Positions 62,364 through 64,000 of a stretch of DNA of 64,000 bases are shown one piece after another. The stretch covers positions 18,230,001 through 18,294,000 of the forward strand of contig CM052832.1 of NCBI GenBank assembly GCA_028534125.1, written 5' to 3'. The translations under genes were made by a program, and so were the position numbers. This DNA comes from Lama glama (taxonomy: Eukaryota). A model generated the notes under the pieces. The model worked only from the letters and a program-made list of their open reading frames with translations. It ran no database searches and had not been told where the DNA came from. Position 1 is the stretch's first letter; every line of letters starts with the position of its first letter.

Positions 62364-62435
62364 GACCTCGTGGCGCAACGGTAGCGCGTCTGACTCCAGA
62401 TCAGAAGGTTGCGTGTTCAAATCACGTCGGGGTCA
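62364..62435 (+). tRNA. tRNA-Trp (CCA)
   Basis: GACCTCGTGGCGCAACGGTAGCGCGTCTGACT-CCA-GATCAGAAGGTTGCGTGTTCAAATCACGTCGGGGTCA followed by TTTT. Confidence 0.98.
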
Positions 62436-63586
62436 ACTGTTTTAGTGTCTTTGAAGTGTTATTGGTCTATGAAATGAAATGTATAGAAAGAAAAAGATAC
62501 ATTCCCTGTTTTCTGCAACGTTGGATGCCCTTAAAATACCTTTAGAAAGTGAATAAATAGACAAGTAAACACAGATGTATACACTATTGTTACTATGCTT
62601 CGGGGTTTATTTCTGGGTCTATAAAGAGATTTTTATTCTTTTCGCAAACTTCCCGAATTTCACTCTTCACTAACTTGTCCGTATTCCCAACGTTCTCAGC
62701 CTTCTCTCCACGCTCACTTCTGTGCTCTCAGACCCATCTGTTCATCTGCATCTCTCTCTCCAACTGTCAGAAGCTTAGCAGATCTTCTCAGACAACTAAC
62801 TAGTCAGGTTCGAGTGGGTGACCTAAGCTCACTGCTTCACAACTGGGTCGGCTTTTCCGTGCCAGAGAGTTTCTATAACAAACACATCCTTGGCTCCCTG
62901 TGATTCCCCTCCTCCTGCAAACCACGGAAGGAGTCAGTCCATTTCCAGAGGAAGAAAACCTGAACAGTTTTTTGTTTGTTTTGTTTTTGCCAATTGAGTC
63001 TAGGGAACTCTATTTCTCTATTACATCAGAGAAAGTCCTCTGGGCTAGAAGTTCCATGAATTCCCTAAAACTTAAAAAGAATGGGCAGGAATGTGCATTT
63101 TTTCCTTACCTGGGACTCAAACACACTCCAAAAGATTCTGACCCCTCACATTATAGTATTGGAAGAAAGAGAAAGCAAGTTTATTTCATCAATGCCTATC
63201 ATTTTCTGTAACTTAGAATGACTTTAAAACATGACACTTAGAATATAAGCAGATAATTTGTCATAGATGTAATGTACACTTTCACACTGTACACAGTAAC
63301 AAACATTACACTGAAGTATGCCCTTGTGCACCAGAGAAGTGTATCCAAAATAATCTTTCTCCATTTCTTATGAACCTTTTTTTTTTGTAGTAGTTAGCTC
63401 AGGCCCTTGGCCACCACATTACAAAAGACTGATTACTTGTCTGGGGGAAGAGAAAGAGAGACAGAGACAGAGAAATAGAGAAAGACAGGGAAAGAAGACA
63501 TTTAATATTGCAGGTTGAAGAGGAAAAAAAAGAGAGACAAGTCCAAAAAAAGCTGAATACTAACTTATGACAACACAGACCCCCAC

Positions 63587-63658
63587 AGCAGAGTGGCGCA
63601 GCGGAAGCGTGCTGGGCCCATAACCCAGAGGTCGATGGATCGAAACCATCCTCTGCTA
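63587..63658 (+). tRNA. initiator tRNA-Met (CAT)
   Basis: AGCAGAGTGGCGCAGCGGAAGCGTGCTGGGCC-CAT-AACCCAGAGGTCGATGGATCGAAACCATCCTCTGCTA; A1:U72 pair and GAUC T-loop typical of tRNAi. Confidence 0.98.
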
Positions 63659-63789
63659 GCGCCAGTTTCTTTTCCTCCTCAAGAGATCTATTAGAGTAGA
63701 GAAGGAACTGTATATAAAGTATATTAAGAAAATTTGCCATGTGTATATTCTCTTTGATGGGGTGTCATTTGAGGTCTTTGGCTCACTTC

Positions 63790-64000
63790 TTGAGCATGTG
63801 AAAAGATGTCCCACATCGTATGTCTGGAGAGAAATGCAAATTAAAGCAACAATGAGATATCATTACACACCTATTAGAATGGCCAAAATCTGGGACACTG
63901 AACATCAAGTGCTGGTGAGGTGGTGGTGGAACAAGAGGAACTCTCATTCATTGCTAGTGGGAATGCAAAATGGTATGGCCACTGTGAAATACAGTTCGGC
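63790..64000 (+). mobile_element. Old LINE-1 ORF2 fragment
   Basis: GAAATGCAAATTAAAGCAACAATGAGATATCATTACACACCTATTAGAATGGC...GGGAATGCAAAATGGTA. Confidence 0.8.

Overview
Mammalian genomic DNA, most likely camelid (many copies of a short tRNA-derived SINE resembling camelid Vic-1). It is the butyrophilin (BTN) cluster of the extended MHC class I region, bracketed by intact tRNA genes: Thr-AGT and Leu-CAG on the left, Trp-CCA and initiator Met-CAT on the right. Three BTN-family genes lie on the minus strand. (1) A single intact BTN2 gene (7 coding exons, 535 aa). (2) A single BTN3 gene with a normal exon layout and an intact phosphoantigen pocket, but an in-frame TGA replacing the conserved Trp of the IgC 'GWYP' motif (W171*), plus other signs of decay. 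(3) A BTN1A1-like gene whose TM, heptad and B30.2 exons splice into one open frame. It has no recognisable Ig exon; a 186-nt non-Ig phase-1/1 exon sits where IgV/IgC should be, making it a candidate Ig-less butyrophilin. Also seen: MHC-type X/X2/Y promoter modules in front of BTN2 and BTN3, a 92-bp near-identical copy of the BTN3 TM exon inside a BTN3 intron, no BTN1A1 at its expected syntenic position (possibly hidden in a 500-N gap), and many SINE/LINE/LTR fragments. Exon models were built by hand from splice signals and family homology recalled from memory; no database search was run.
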